Counted from the first letter of the whole stretch, positions 12,845 through 25,464 are shown. The stretch is DNA of 63,923 bases, filler included, from Octopus bimaculoides (GCF_001194135.2; 5 parts of 5 records of this genome joined end to end with filler, not necessarily neighbours in it); one strand, 5' to 3'. The notes: generated from the letters alone by a model not told the origin. Numbers and translations are program-made.

Positions 12845-13430
12845 CGAAAGACAGAGAGAGAGGGAGAGAAGGAGAGATAGAGGGAGGGAGTGGGAAGAGA
12901 GAGAAAGAGAAACGGAGAGAGAAGGAGCGAGAGAGAGAGACTGTACGACAAAGAGATAAAGAGACAGACAGTGACAGAGAGATGGAGAAAGAGAGATAAA
13001 GAGAGAGATGGAGAGAGAGAGATGNNNNNNNNNNNNNNNNNNNNNNNNNNNNNNNNNNNNNNNNNNNNNNNNNNNNNNNNNNNNNNNNNNNNNNNNNNNN
13101 NNNNNNNNNNNNNNNNNNNNNNNNNNGGGACAAAGAGATAAAGAGACAGACAGTGACAGAGAGATGGAGAAAGAGAGATAAAGAGAGAGATGGAGAGAGA
13201 GAGATGAAGAGAGAGAGACAGAGAGACAGAGGGACAAAAAGATAAAGAGACAGACAGTGACAGAGAGATGGAGAAAGAGAGATAAAGAGAGAGATGGAGA
13301 GAGAGAGATGGAGAGAGAGAGAGATGGAGAGAGAGAGAGAGATGGAGAGAGAGAGATGGAGAGAGAGAGAGAGAGTCACACAGACAGACAGAGAGAAAGA
13401 GATGGAGAGAGAAGAGAGAAAGAGAGAGAA
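12845..13430. repeat. GA-rich minisatellite with a recurring ~75-105 bp higher-order unit
   Basis: GACAAAGAGATAAAGAGACAGACAGTGACAGAGAGATGGAGAAAGAGAGATAAAG recurs at about 12948, 13129 and 13233. Confidence 0.85.
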
Positions 13431-13544
13431 AGTTCCATCTGTCTCCAAGAGTCTTTGAATCAATGGGTTTTGTCACATTCGGAAATCTGTAGACATGACT
13501 TCTTGATCGCTTTGCCGACATGACTAATCGCACTTGGTAACAGA

Positions 13545-13732
13545 CATTACTACTACTACTACTACTACTACTACTACAACTACTACTACTACTACTACTG
13601 CTACTTCTGCTGCTGCTGCTGCTGCCGCTGCTGCTACTACTACTACTACCACTACTAGTACTGTTACTAAAAACCACCACCACCACCACCACCATTACTA
13701 CTACTGCTGCTGCTACTACTACTACTATTACA
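13545..13732. repeat. Compound (ACT)n/(GCT)n/(ACC)n microsatellite
   Basis: Directly visible. Confidence 0.95.
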
Positions 13733-14427
13733 GTAGATGATTGTCAGAGAATATACAGATTGATGTGATAGAAAGGTGAGAGTTGGGGAGAAGCAAGTGT
13801 GTATAGGAGAGATGCACCTAGGAAGAGAATGAGGGGAGCGGGAGAGAGAGGGGAGAAAGAGAGAGAGAGAGAGGGGGAGAGAGGGAGCGGAAAACGTTGT
13901 ATGAGTTAGATATCGTGTGTTTGGAGAGAGAGTAAAAGTGAAAGATAGGGGTGGGGGCGTGTAAGGGATACAGAGATAGGCAGAGAAAGAAAGGGCGGAA
14001 AGAGATGAGGAAAAAAGAGAGATGAAAGAGAAAAGCTGAGGAAGGAAGAGAGAGAAGCATAATTATAGGAAAAAAAGAACAATGTAGGTATGTAGTGGGG
14101 CGTACGTCCTTACGTCCTGACGTCCATGCAAAACCGATACAGAAAGTAAAAAAGAGAGAAAATAGAAGGTTTCTGACAATGCAGTAAGTTTAATAAAACC
14201 TTTATAATTCAGGCTTAAAGCCCATCTTCACAAGAAAAAAATCAACGCATTTATATGTATGTGTGAGAGAGAGAGAGAGTGTGTGTGTGTGTGTGTGTGG
14301 CTGTGTTTGTCCACCTCGCTCGACAACCAGTACTGGTTTGTTTACGTTCCATCGTTGTTCGGCATATGAGAGAGCCCCAGGCTTGACCCAGAATGACTAC
14401 AGTCCAAAGACTAAAACAAGTAAAGGA

Positions 14428-14469
<42 letters not shown>

Positions 14470-14470
<1 letters not shown>

Positions 14471-14667
14471 TTTATTTTTTTATTGCCCACAAGGGGCTAC
14501 ACACAGAGGGGACAAACAAGGACAGACAAAGGGAGTAAGTCAATTACATCGACCCCAGTGCTTCACTGGTACTTAATTTATCGACCCCGAAAGGATGAAA
14601 GGCAAAGTCGACCTCGGCGGAATTTGAACTCAGAACGTAAAGACAGACGAAATACCGCTTAGCATTT
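14470..14667 (-). mobile_element. SINE family B with alternative 3' tail (TTTGTCTGTCC...CCCTTGTGGGCAATAAA)
   Basis: The body matches family B; the tail matches the copies at 26686-26990. Confidence 0.85.
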
Positions 14668-14727
14668 NNNNNNNNNNCACGCCTATCTATCTATCTATCT
14701 TTCTATCTATCTATCTATCTATCTATC

Positions 14728-14804
<77 letters not shown>

Positions 14805-15062
14805 CTACACAAACACACGCAGACGCATAAGGAAAAAAATACCAGAGTCCTTTGCGCTATCATGGAAGCCAGCAAGCAATCGCCTCGAATACGTGTTAAA
14901 TTTCAATTATTGCAACTGACGTTGGTGTCCAATAAGACATGGAGTATGAGTTATCGTTGGAATGAAAGTTACAGGTGACACTAGGAGTTCTAATGGTGGT
15001 TGATGGAATCATCACAATCGCACATTCACTCAACATTTCCTTCCCCACTCTCTCACCCAACA

Positions 15063-15134
<72 letters not shown>

Positions 15135-15256
15135 CTCTATCTGTCACTCACTGTTTCTCTGTTTTCTTAGCTGGTATTACTATTTGTGATAAAAGCTCAC
15201 AGAACCGGGAATAATGTGGACAGTATACGTATGTTCTCTTTCTCTTTAATTTAGTG

Positions 15257-16113
15257 CAGTGGTTCTCAACCACGGTCCATATGCTCCTTGGCATTTCGCC
15301 CGGCGTGCTAACGTTTCTGCCAGCTCGCCGCTTTAATAGTCCCAGATATTGCGATCGTTCGTAGTATATGAATTAAGGATTTGCGCTCCTTTCCAAGAAC
15401 ACAATTCAGTTATACTTCGCTCCAAACGGGTTGATACGTAACCTGTTGCTTCACTAATAATAGGTATGAAGCTGAAAGTGTATCTTGGATTCTAGAATTG
15501 TAAACTTTTTATCAATGGTCAATAGATGAACTCTTTCTCTTGTATTTTTCTGGCCACATTTGTGTCCAGAAAGCAGCTTATTTTCATATTGGAACATATC
15601 TTCTCTTTAATGATAAAAATATGCCAACGAAATATTTCTTTCATTAATGCGTTTGTGCATGTATGTATGCATATAGAACGTCTGTCAGGTTTAAGGGGAA
15701 ATGTAGGTTCGAGTCCCTCGGACAGCCTTCGACGTTTTCTATCAATAGGGCTTTTAACCCAATATTTACACATTATTCTTTAAACCATTCTCTGCTTTGA
15801 GATCAACCGTTCCAACAAAGATTCATCCCCCCCCTTTTTTTACAGTATCTAAAAACGATATAGTGTTTTAACTTGGTGGCTGTTTTAATTGTAGTTAAGA
15901 GATCTAGTCTTTCTCATTCGTAAAATGAGTCCCCTTTAATTTTGCTCAGATTGCTTTCAATTTTGGTGTAATGATGCAACTCTGAATTTTGATTACGATC
16001 AACCAATTACTTTATCTCGTAAATTAAAGAATCTGAAGAATTTAGTTCAAGGACCTCCAGTACAACCTTTGCAGAGCACCAGGTGTCCGCGGACCCCAGG
16101 TTGGTAACCACTG
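15257..16113. mobile_element. hAT-like non-autonomous element termini (CAGTGGTT...AACCACTG)
   Basis: Left end CAGTGGTTCTCAACC, right end GGTTGGTAACCACTG. The flanking 8-mers ATTTAGTG and TACTATAC both have a central TA but are not identical. Confidence 0.55.
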
Positions 16114-16838
16114 TACTATACCATCGTCACCAACGCCACCATTATCACATACAAAATACTACAACCGCCACCACAGCCACCACAGCCACCATCGCCTACT
16201 GCACCATCATCACCACTGTCACTTCCATCACAACTGTCTCTCTCTCTCGTACNNNNNNNNNNNNNNNNNNNNNNNNNNNNNNNNNNNNNNNNNNNNNNNN
16301 NNNNNNNNNNNNNNNNNNNNNNNNNNNNNNNNNNNNNNNNNNNNNNNNNNNNNNNNNNNNNNNNNNNNNNNNNNNNNNNNNNNNNNNNNNNNNNNNNNNN
16401 NNNNNNNNNNNNNNNNNNNNNNNNNNNNNNNNNNNNNNNNNNNNNNNNNNNNNNNNNNNNNNNNNNNNNNNNNNNNNNNNNNNNNNNNNNNNNNNNNNNN
16501 NNNNNNNNNNNNNNNNNNNNNNNNNNNNNNNNNNNNNNNNNNNNNNNNNNNNNNNNNNNNNNNNNNNNNNNNNNNNNNNNNNNNNNNNNNNNNNNNNNNN
16601 NNNNNNNNNNNNNNNNNNNNNNNNNNNNNNNNNNNNNNNNNNNNNNNNNNNNNNNNNNNNNNNCGTAAGATCAAAAGTAATCAAAATCTCATTAAGTCCC
16701 CCTGCAATACTGTGTTGCCCTTACCTCTGTTGCCCTCCGAACACAACGTTGAAGCGTAAACTTTGTTGTCTGGGATAGCATTCCCACAGTTGGTTGAAGG
16801 ATTAAATAGAGGAATAATGCTGAAGAACACAACTTGTG

Positions 16839-16882
<44 letters not shown>

Positions 16883-17495
16883 CATCCGTCCAGACGTACA
16901 TACATACATACATACATGCATACATACTTCTATGTGTGTGTGATTGTGTCTAAATACACACACACATACTCTCACACACACACATGTATATTGTTCTCTG
17001 GTCTACTCGAACCCGGTGTCGTAGCACCTGTCAAAGTCCCAGCCATATACATACATATATATATATATATATANNNNNNNNNNNNNNNNNNNNNNNNNNN
17101 NNNNNNNNNNNNNNNNNNNNNNNNNNNNNNNNNNNNNNNNNNNNNNNNNNNNNNNNNNNNNNNNNNNNNNNNNNNNNNNNNNNNNNNNNNNNNNNNNNNN
17201 NNNNNNNNNNNNNNNNNNNNNNNNNNNNNNNNNNNNNNNNNNNNNNNNNNNNNNNNNNNNNNNNNNNNNNNNNNNNNNNNNNNNNNNNNNNNNNNNNNNN
17301 NNNNNNNNNNNNNNNNNNNNNNNNNNNNNNNNNNNNNNNNNNNNNNNNNNNNNNNNNNNNNNNNNNNNNNNNNNNNNNNNNNNNNNNNNNNNNNNNNNNN
17401 NNNNNNNNNNNNNNNNNNNNNNNNNNNNNNNNNNNNNNNNNNNNNNNNNNNNNNNNNNNNNNNNNNNNNNNNNNNNNNNNNNNNNNNNNNNNNNN

Positions 17496-17531
<36 letters not shown>

Positions 17532-17939
17532 AATAGATGATAGTTTTCTTGGTGGTTGTAGTGCTGGTGCTGGCGGTACTTCCATTTAGTAGCCTCATGT
17601 ATGGTTACTTGAATTGACATTGCCGTGTATAAAGAAAACTGACAGATTAGATTTGTTTTTTACAGTCTACGAATCTGCTGGTACTGAAGTAGCTTGATAG
17701 TGTTGACACTAAAATACAAATATTACTTGACGACATAGCAATTTAGAAAGCTCGAGAGATCATGAAATAATTTGTTTTCTTTTAACGGTTTAACTCGAAG
17801 TAGAAAAGCTACAAATAACAGCTTGTAAATATTGGACAGAGAAATTTGAAGGCTACTCAATATTTACGTGTTACTCTTCATAGCCTTTGGATCTATTTTA
17901 AAACGGGGGTGCCAGTTTTCATTTATGTTTTATGTAGTG

Positions 17940-18242
17940 TTTTTGGTACGGAAAGACTTTCAAACTTCGTATACTTATCTATGTTGTGTTATAGAACAGA
18001 AAAATATTTTTGTATTCGAATTTATTTCATGTAAAAAATTGTCTTATTTCGATAATTTCTACTAATCACTGACGTCTATTCAGTTGAAAACAGTTAGCGC
18101 TGTAACGGTGTATATCGTATTAATCCCCTAACCCTAACCCTAACACTAACTAGACTGTTAACCGTAACCGTAACCCTAACCCTAACCCTAAAACTAACCC
18201 TAACTCTAGAATCCGAACTCTAAAATTGTTACACACATAGAT
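17940..18242 (+). mobile_element. Repeat containing degenerate (CCCTAA)n telomeric hexamers, preceded by a block homologous to the reverse complement of 46270-46460
   Basis: CCCTAACCCTAACCCTAA...CTAACCCTAACTCTAGAATCCGAACTCTA...AAATTGTTACACACA, shared with 46020-46150. Confidence 0.75.
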
Positions 18243-18877
18243 NNNNNNNNNNNNNNNNNNNNNNNNNNNNNNNNNNNNNNNNNNNNNNNNNNNNNNNNNN
18301 NNNNNNNNNNNNNNNNNNNNNNNNNNNNNNNNNNNNNNNNNNNNNNNNNNNNNNNNNNNNNNNNNNNNNNNNNNNNNNNNNNNNNNNNNNNNNNNNNNNN
18401 NNNNNNNNNNNNNNNNNNNNNNNNNNNNNNNNNNNNNNNNNNNNNNNNNNNNNNNNNNNNNNNNNNNNNNNNNNNNNNNNNNNNNNNNNNNNNNNNNNNN
18501 NNNNNNNNNNNNNNNNNNNNNNNNNNNNNNNNNNNNNNNNNNNNNNNNNNNNNNNNNNNNNNNNNNNNNNNNNNNNNNNNNNNNNNNNNNNNNNNNNNNN
18601 NNNNNNNNNNNNNNNNNNNNNNNNNNNNNNNNNNNNNNNNNNNNNNNNNNNNNNNNNNNNNNNNNNNNNNNNNNNNNNNNNNNNNNNNNNNNNNNNNNNN
18701 NNNNNNNNNNNNNNNNNNNNNNNNNNNNNNNNNNNNNNNNNNNNNNNNNNNNNNNNNNNNNNNNNNNNNNNNNNNNNNNNNNNNNNNNNNNNNNNNNNNN
18801 NNNNNNNNNNNNNNNNNNNNNNNNNNNNNNNNNNNNNNNNNNNNNNNNNNNNNNNNNNNNNNNNNNNNNNNNNNNNA

Positions 18878-19080
18878 ACTGGCAGGCTCGTTCACACGCC
18901 GAGCAAATTGCTAAGCGGTATTTCGTACGCCTGGACGTACTAGGTTCAAATTTCGCTGACGTCGACTTCGTTTTTTATCCTTTCTGGGTCGATAAATTAA
19001 ATACCAGTGAAACACTGGGGTCGATTCAATCAATACATCTTCTCCCCCAAAATTTCAAGCCTTTAGTAGAAAGGATTATT
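18878..19080 (+). mobile_element. SINE family B
   Basis: Family B body, with a tail ending AGTAGAAAGGATTATT. Confidence 0.75.
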
Positions 19081-19094
19081 TATAACTTTTCTTG

Positions 19095-19350
19095 GGCAGC
19101 AAGCTGGCAGAATCGTTAGCATACCGGACAAAATGCTTAGCAGCATTTCGTCCGTCTTTGCGTTCTGGGTTCAAATTCTGCCAAAGTTGAGTTTGCCTTT
19201 CATCCTTTCGAGGTTGATAGAATAAGTACCAGTTGAACTCTAGGATGAGGGGTAAAGTCGACCTCAGCGGAATTTGAACTCGGAACACAAAGACGGACGA
19301 AATACCGCTAAGCATCCAGCCCAGCATAATATCGATTCTGCCAGCTCACC
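19095..19350. mobile_element. Tail-to-tail fused inverted pair of SINE family B
   Basis: The forward copy (19095-19240) runs directly into a reverse copy (19250-19350): GCTGGCAGAATCG ... CGATTCTGCCAGC. Confidence 0.8.
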
Positions 19351-19474
19351 GTCTGTCTGCCAACTCGCAGAAAATATGTGTGCATATATGTACGTGCATG
19401 TTTACACACACACACACACACACACACACGCATGTACATGTATATGTGTGTGTGTGTGGCTGTGCTTCTACGTC

Positions 19475-19790
19475 AATTACGACGGTCGCAGGTCTAATTT
19501 ATCCGATCAACAGAACAGCCAGCTCGCAAAGTTAACGTGCAAGTGGCTGAGCACTCCACAGACACTGCGTACCCTTAACGTAGTTCTCAGGGAGATTCAG
19601 CATGACACAGAGAGTGACAAGGCTGTCCCTTTGAATTACAGGTACAACTCATTTTTCTCCAGCTGAGTGGACTGGAGCAACGTGAAATAAAGTGCCTTTC
19701 TCAAGGACACAATGTCCCACCGAGTATCGAATTAAAGATCCTACGATTGTGAGCCGAATAGCCTAACCGCCAAGCCACACGCCTACACGT
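19475..19790 (-). mobile_element. tRNA-derived SINE family C (CORE/MIR-like middle)
   Basis: The minus-strand head TGGCTTGGCGGTTAGG...ATTCGATAC is A/B-box-like, followed by TTGCTCCAGTCCACTCAGCTGG. Related copies lie at 20250-20570, 22665-22865 and 42690-42840. Confidence 0.8.
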
Positions 19791-20249
19791 TGCTCTATTT
19801 AACGTATCTGTCGATCTGCAGAAGAGATCGATTGAATAATTACCGAACTTTAAAAAAGTAAAGAGCTGGGTCAAGTTAATATTTCAATGCGATGCTATAG
19901 CATGGCCGATGTCCAACGTTTGGAACAAGTGAAATAATAAAATATTGAAAAAATTATTTCGTGTTCAGTTTCGAAAGCCAAACTAAAAACAACAAAAAAT
20001 AAGTACAATTTTAACTTTTAAGGTCAAAGGGAAATAATCATGTGTGTAAATCATTTTGAATTATTTCCCTTACGCCATGAAACTTCACCCTGTACACAAA
20101 ATCTTGTTTGTAGTATTTCTTTTTTACCTCAATTCTGTTAATTTTATTTATGTAGTAGTAGTAGTAGTAGTAGTAGTAGTTTGGTGGCATAAAAAATACA
20201 GGGACATATTAAACAGCGATTTTTAATATAGTAAGCGACCCTCAGCAGA

Positions 20250-20570
20250 TTACGACGTCGAGAGTTCCAGTTGATCCGAACAACGGAACAGCCTGCTCGT
20301 GAAATTAACGTACCACTGGCTGAGTACTCCACAGACACGTGTACCCTCGTAATGGTTCTCAGGGAGAGGGAGAGAGAGAGCGTATCACAGAATGTGACGA
20401 AAGCTGATCCTTTGAAATACAGGTACTACTCATTTTTGGCAGTTGAGTAAACTGGTGCAACGTGAAATAAAGCGTGTTGTTGAAATACACAAGGCACCGC
20501 TAGTTTTCGAACTCACGACCTTACGATCGTGAGCCGATTTCCCTAACCACTAAACCACACACCTTCACTT
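20250..20570 (-). mobile_element. SINE family C
   Basis: Colinear with 19475-19790. Confidence 0.8.
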
Positions 20571-20894
20571 TTTGTGCATTATACATATAATAAAGATGTA
20601 AGTCCCCATATAGGAACCGCGCTGATTTTTCCGAAAATTGTTTTGAAAAATTTTTAAAAGTGCATCGTTTATTTCATGAAATACGGCACTATTTTTGAGG
20701 AATGAATAAAGAATGTGGGTTGGCAGAATCGTTTGAAGAATCCCTTCAGATGCTTAGCCCCATATTCTTGGCTTTCTTCCCACCAAAGTAAAAACTTAAT
20801 TCTTCTTTTAGTTCTATAATTAAGAGATAAGGAATTATGTACATAATTTATGATTTACATTTGACGGATATTTGTCCTCATCTTGTTTATTGTT

Positions 20895-20936
20895 AACACA
20901 ACGTTTCGGCTGATATACCCTCTAGCCTTCATCAGG
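20895..20936 (-). ncRNA. Type I hammerhead-ribozyme-like motif, stem I 5' strand truncated (PLE-type tail)
   Basis: The minus strand reads C-CUGAUGA-A-GGCU(AGAGGGUAUAUC)AGCC-GAAAC-GU-U-GUGUU, followed by AATAAA. The upstream partner of GUGUU is replaced by LINE sequence at 20937. Confidence 0.55.
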
Positions 20937-21460
20937 AAAATTGCCTTGCCCTCCCAGTTAAAGGAGGTCGGCGGGTCAATCCTCACGATGGATTCAGCTG
21001 ATAGCCGGATCCGTCCTACACGTGACAGTAGCTGTTCGACATAAACCCACAGGTCAGCAATATTCGGGCACTGGACGAGTGCGTGCAGAACGGTTTCGTC
21101 GTCCTGAGCGCACTTCGGGCAGGCCCGGTTGACGGCAGTTCCGTGCCGGTAGAGTTTATCTCGAACAGGTAGCGCACCTCGATAGCACTACCAGGCGAGG
21201 GACCTTTGGTAATTACCCATGGGTCCCGGCCCGAAAGTTCTCCCGAACAGACTGTTTAACAGATTATCTTCGACGCCTAGAGTTTCCCCGAGAACGTCGT
21301 TGCACTTTTCTCCCACTAACCCTCTATAGAACGCTAGAGTGGAGCTACTACCAATCGCATTGCCCGCCTGACTGAGGGCGGTGAGAGCTTGGCGGCACTC
21401 GACGTGCCAAGCGCCCTTTCTAGGTCTACGTTTGTATCTCCAACATTCGCTGTGGTTAGC
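20937..21460 (-). mobile_element. L1/Tx1-like LINE ORF2 3' fragment with CCHC zinc knuckle
   Basis: KRRPRKGAWHVECRQAL...QRSLAW*CYRGALPVRDKLYRHG...CPKCAQDDETVLHALVQCPNIADLW, a C-x2-C-x8-H-x4-C motif of zf-RVT type. Confidence 0.85.
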
Positions 21461-21643
21461 CGGCATATGAAACCGATTTAAGAGAAAAAGGGTAACCTGC
21501 AGGATACATATCCCNNNNNNNNNNNNNNNNNNNNNNNNNNNNNNNNNNNNNNNNNNNNNNNNNNNNNNNNNNNNNNNNNNNNNNNNNNNNNNNNNNNNNN
21601 NNNNNNNNNNNNNNNNNNNNNNNNNNNNNNNNNNNNNNNNNNN

Positions 21644-21689
<46 letters not shown>

Positions 21690-21941
21690 GTTTGTATATA
21701 TGTGACTGTGTTTGTATGTACGAATATCTATGTATATAGATATGAATACATTTATATTCATGTATGTAATAGAAGACCGCATCTATGTATGCAAGTATAT
21801 ATATACACATGTGCCCGCGTGCGCGTATGTGTGTGTTTGGCTGTATGTATTAACGTGTGGATTTATAGTTATACAATCGCTAACCCTAATGCGTTCACAT
21901 ATGCATAAATATACACTCACATACATATCAACCTACTTACC

Positions 21942-21973
<32 letters not shown>

Positions 21974-22664
21974 CGCGCGTGCGCACACACACGCACAGAC
22001 GCACGCACGCACACACATACACATATACACACACATACAGACACACATATACCCACACAAAGAAGCTAGGAAACACACATACTGGGAAATAGCCGTCTCC
22101 ATTTTCTCACAATTAAAACTGACCCAATCCGCTTTTCTTGACATGAGATGCCTTAGAAATAGTAACAACGATAGAAATCTTGTATCTGTCTTCCTTTTTT
22201 ATGTGATGTTTCTATATTTATTTTCTGATTCGTTACATGTATAGTTTTTTTCCTTATAGGTACTGGTTTTAGCTTGCATCTAAGGGAGACAATTATCTTA
22301 ATGTGACCAGGTCGTAATAAAGTTGTGTCCCTTACATTCGAATCTTTTCCTCCAGAATGCTAACAGTGTTGAGCCAAATTTGGAGACGATTATTTGTTTA
22401 GAGTTTATACAACATCTGGATATGCTAGAAATAGAAATCAGAAATAGAAATGAAATATCTCACAAGTCAAAAAGCCTTTCCTTTCTTCTATACAGAAGAA
22501 TGCAATGAATAATATTATCACTTCAAGTTCCATCTTGCATCATTTTTGGGTCGATAAAATAAGTTCCTGTTGAACACACACACATACAAAGTGTCATGTT
22601 GGTTCTGGCTGAGATTTAGAGATCTATAATTAATTAGGTTGTTTGGCTCTCCATTGGTGATGAT

Positions 22665-22865
22665 GATGAGTGCTCCAGTTGATTTGATCAACGGAACAGC
22701 CTGCTCGTGAAATTAAAGCGTATCTGATTGAGCTCTTCACAGACATGCTCACGCTTATCGTAGTTCTGAAGGATATTCAGCAAGACACAGAATGTGACAA
22801 GGATGGCCACAGGCTGGCTTCTTGAATTTACAAGTACAGCTAATTTTTGCCTGCTGAGTGGAGTC
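22665..22865 (-). mobile_element. SINE family C fragment
   Basis: GATCAACGGAACAGCCTGCTCGTGAAATTAA...GCTGAGTGGA. Confidence 0.75.
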
Positions 22866-23704
22866 ATTTCCTTACTCCTAGTCGTTTATTTGACAAAATC
22901 TGTTTGATATCACCATAAACAGCCTTGGGCTGTCACCTCCATGACAATTTCCGCGATATATGTAACAATTAATGTTCCCAGATATTAAACACTATCAACT
23001 TCTTTAAGTTTGTTCTATAATTTATACTGTAGCAAATTTGTTTTGTCGTTGTCTCAGATTTTAACTTTTTCATTTTTTAATTTTTTTATTAAGATTCATG
23101 CCAAGTTTTCACACAAATCATTAATAGAACTAATGCTTGAGTATTTTCCTTGTATTTGAAAAGGAGACTTTTCCCGAAATAATGGATGTCGAGCCAGGCA
23201 AAGATATTTTGAAAGTATTCATTACGTACGTTTCAAATCTTGCGCAATGTCTAATAGGAAATAAATCCTCTTCTACAAGAGCTTCTTCATCATCATCATC
23301 ATCATCATCATCATCGTCGTCGTCGTCGTTGTCGTTATTGTTTTTGTTGTTGTTGCTATTTACGTTATGGTTGTTTTGTTTTATTCAAGCTGCTCCAAGT
23401 AACACCCAGAGACCTCAAGTATCAACGAGTTCGACGCTTCACTATGGGTGCTATTTATGATCAGCAATGATACATTATAGAGAAAAAAAAAAAAAAANNN
23501 NNNNNNNNNNNNNAGAACAATCGTATATTTTCAATTGACAATTGCTTTTTTTTTTTTTTACAAGATGTAGGCAGGGACCAAGGAAACAGCTTTTGTATTC
23601 CGGATACCATGGTGTTTCCAGATACTTGGCCATAGTATTTTCAGGTACTTTTTGGTATTATCCCCAAAGCTCAGATGAGGTTATTGTTATTATTATTATA
23701 CTAC

Positions 23705-23921
23705 TAAGGCGGCGAATTAGAGAAATCATTAGCACGTCGGGCAAAATACTTACCGGTGTTTCGTCCGTCTTTACGTTCTGAGTTCAAATTCTGCCGAGGT
23801 CGACTTTGCCTTTCATCCTTCCGGAGTCGATAAAATAAATACCAATTGAATACTGGGGTCGATATAATCGACTAACTCTCAATCCCGCAAATTTCGGGCC
23901 TTGTGCATATTGTAAAAAGGA

Positions 23922-23960
<39 letters not shown>
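23705..23960 (+). mobile_element. SINE family B, full length with (ATT)n tail
   Basis: AAGGCGGCGAATTAG...GTTCTGAGTTCAAATTCTGCCGAGGTCGAC...GGGCCTTGTGC. Confidence 0.85.
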
Positions 23961-23961
<1 letters not shown>

Positions 23962-24459
23962 AGTAGTGTGATATAAAGGATATTTAACATTTATTTCTAG
24001 CAGGCTAGCGACCACTTAATTAAGTTTCCACTTTCCTTCTAGATCGCCTCTCTGTTTAGCTATGGAACTCACTTTTCCGTGAAAAAAAAAAATGATCATT
24101 CATGCTTACAAAATATGATGGTGGTTTTTTACCCATGTTTGACTTGTTAGAAATTATAGTCAAATTTCCTTCAAATCACAACTTCGATGTCTTCAAAATA
24201 GAAATAGTATTTTGTTGGTTTATGCCCCTTCGAAGCATTGAAAAAGAGGATAAGAGTTGCCTCCCTTACAATCTTATCTTTTGTTATTAACTAAACTGTA
24301 CATATGACATCTCTCACTATTTCCCTATTACTCTCTTTCTCACACACGTATACACGTATATATAAGTATATATGCATATACATATATATGCATATATACA
24401 TACAAACAAACGCACACACACACACACACATATATCCATTTGCATATATATATATATAT

Positions 24460-24791
24460 ATATCTTTTACTCTTTTGCTTGTTTCAGTCACCCGACTACG
24501 GCCATGCTGGAGCACCGTCTTTATAGTCGATCAAATNNNNNNNNNNNNNNNNNNNNNNNNNNNNNNNNNNNNNNNNNNNNNNNNNNNNNNNNNNNNNNNN
24601 NNNNNNNNNNNNNNNNNNNNNNNNNNNNNNNNNNNNNNNNNNNNNNNNNNNNNNNNNNNNNNNNNNNNNNNNNNNNNNNNNNNNNNNNNNNNNNNNNNNN
24701 NNNNNNNNNNNNNNNNNNNNNNNNNNNNCCCCCCCCCCCCGAGCTTATTCTTTGTAAGCCTAGTACTTATTCTATCGGTCTCTTTTGTCGG
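24460..24791 (-). mobile_element. Short interspersed repeat family D (spans a gap)
   Basis: TTGTTTCAGTCA..GACT.CGGCCATGCTGGAGCAC...TTGTAAGCCTAGTACTTATTCTATCGG. Copies occur at 9608, 31065, 54630 and 61110. Confidence 0.8.
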
Positions 24792-24799
24792 GGATAAAG

Positions 24800-25339
24800 A
24801 AATAAGAACCCACGGTATGGTAGATGCCATAGCCATTCATAATAAAAAGGTGTACTGGTGGAACGTCGCAGTGAACACCACAATAAAATGTAAGCACAAC
24901 AGACCAGATATAATGATTTGGGATAGAGAAGAGAAACTGTGTATAGTTGTGGAAATTACCTGCCCAGCGGATGTTAACAAAAAAGCTTAAGGTCAGTGAA
25001 AAAGAGAATACCTACGCTGGACTATTGAGAAACATGCAGCTACTCTCTCGAGATTACAAGTTCAGGTTAATACCTGTAATTATTGAGGCCCTGATATATG
25101 TAACACACTGCCTAAATACTAATGTTGAGAAATTGGGCTTCTCAAAACCAGAAAGGAGAAATCTAATTCGAAGACTACAGATCCAATCAATCACTGGAAC
25201 TGTAAAAATCTGTAAAACTTTCCAGAAGCTTAGCATTTAAATATATATGAGCACTAGATATGCAACTAAATGCAAGAGAATACATACATAAAGCAAAATA
25301 TACAAATCTACACATACGCATACATACATACATACATAC

Positions 25340-25370
<31 letters not shown>

Positions 25371-25420
25371 TACATACATACATACATACATACATACATA
25401 CATACATACATACATGATGT
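24800..25420 (+). mobile_element. R4/Dong-like RLE LINE 3' end (PD..D/ExK nuclease, 3'UTR, (TACA)n)
   Basis: YWWNVAVNTTIKCKHNRPDIMIWDREEKLCIVVEITCP, then KVSEKENTY...IPVIIEAL...GTVKICKTF. The same C-terminus and UTR occur at 55080. Confidence 0.8.
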
Positions 25421-25464
25421 GACCGAGGAAGACCATTGCTGACAATCAGGAACATTGTGCGCTC

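Noticed and set aside
15690-15730. tRNA gene (GGTTCGAGTCCC B-box)
   Set aside because: No cloverleaf or A-box can be built. The same applies to the SINE heads, which are tRNA-derived but not tRNAs.
18125-18200. True telomere or chromosome-fusion site
   Set aside because: The hexamers are few, degenerate and embedded in a module repeated at 46020, so they are element-borne.
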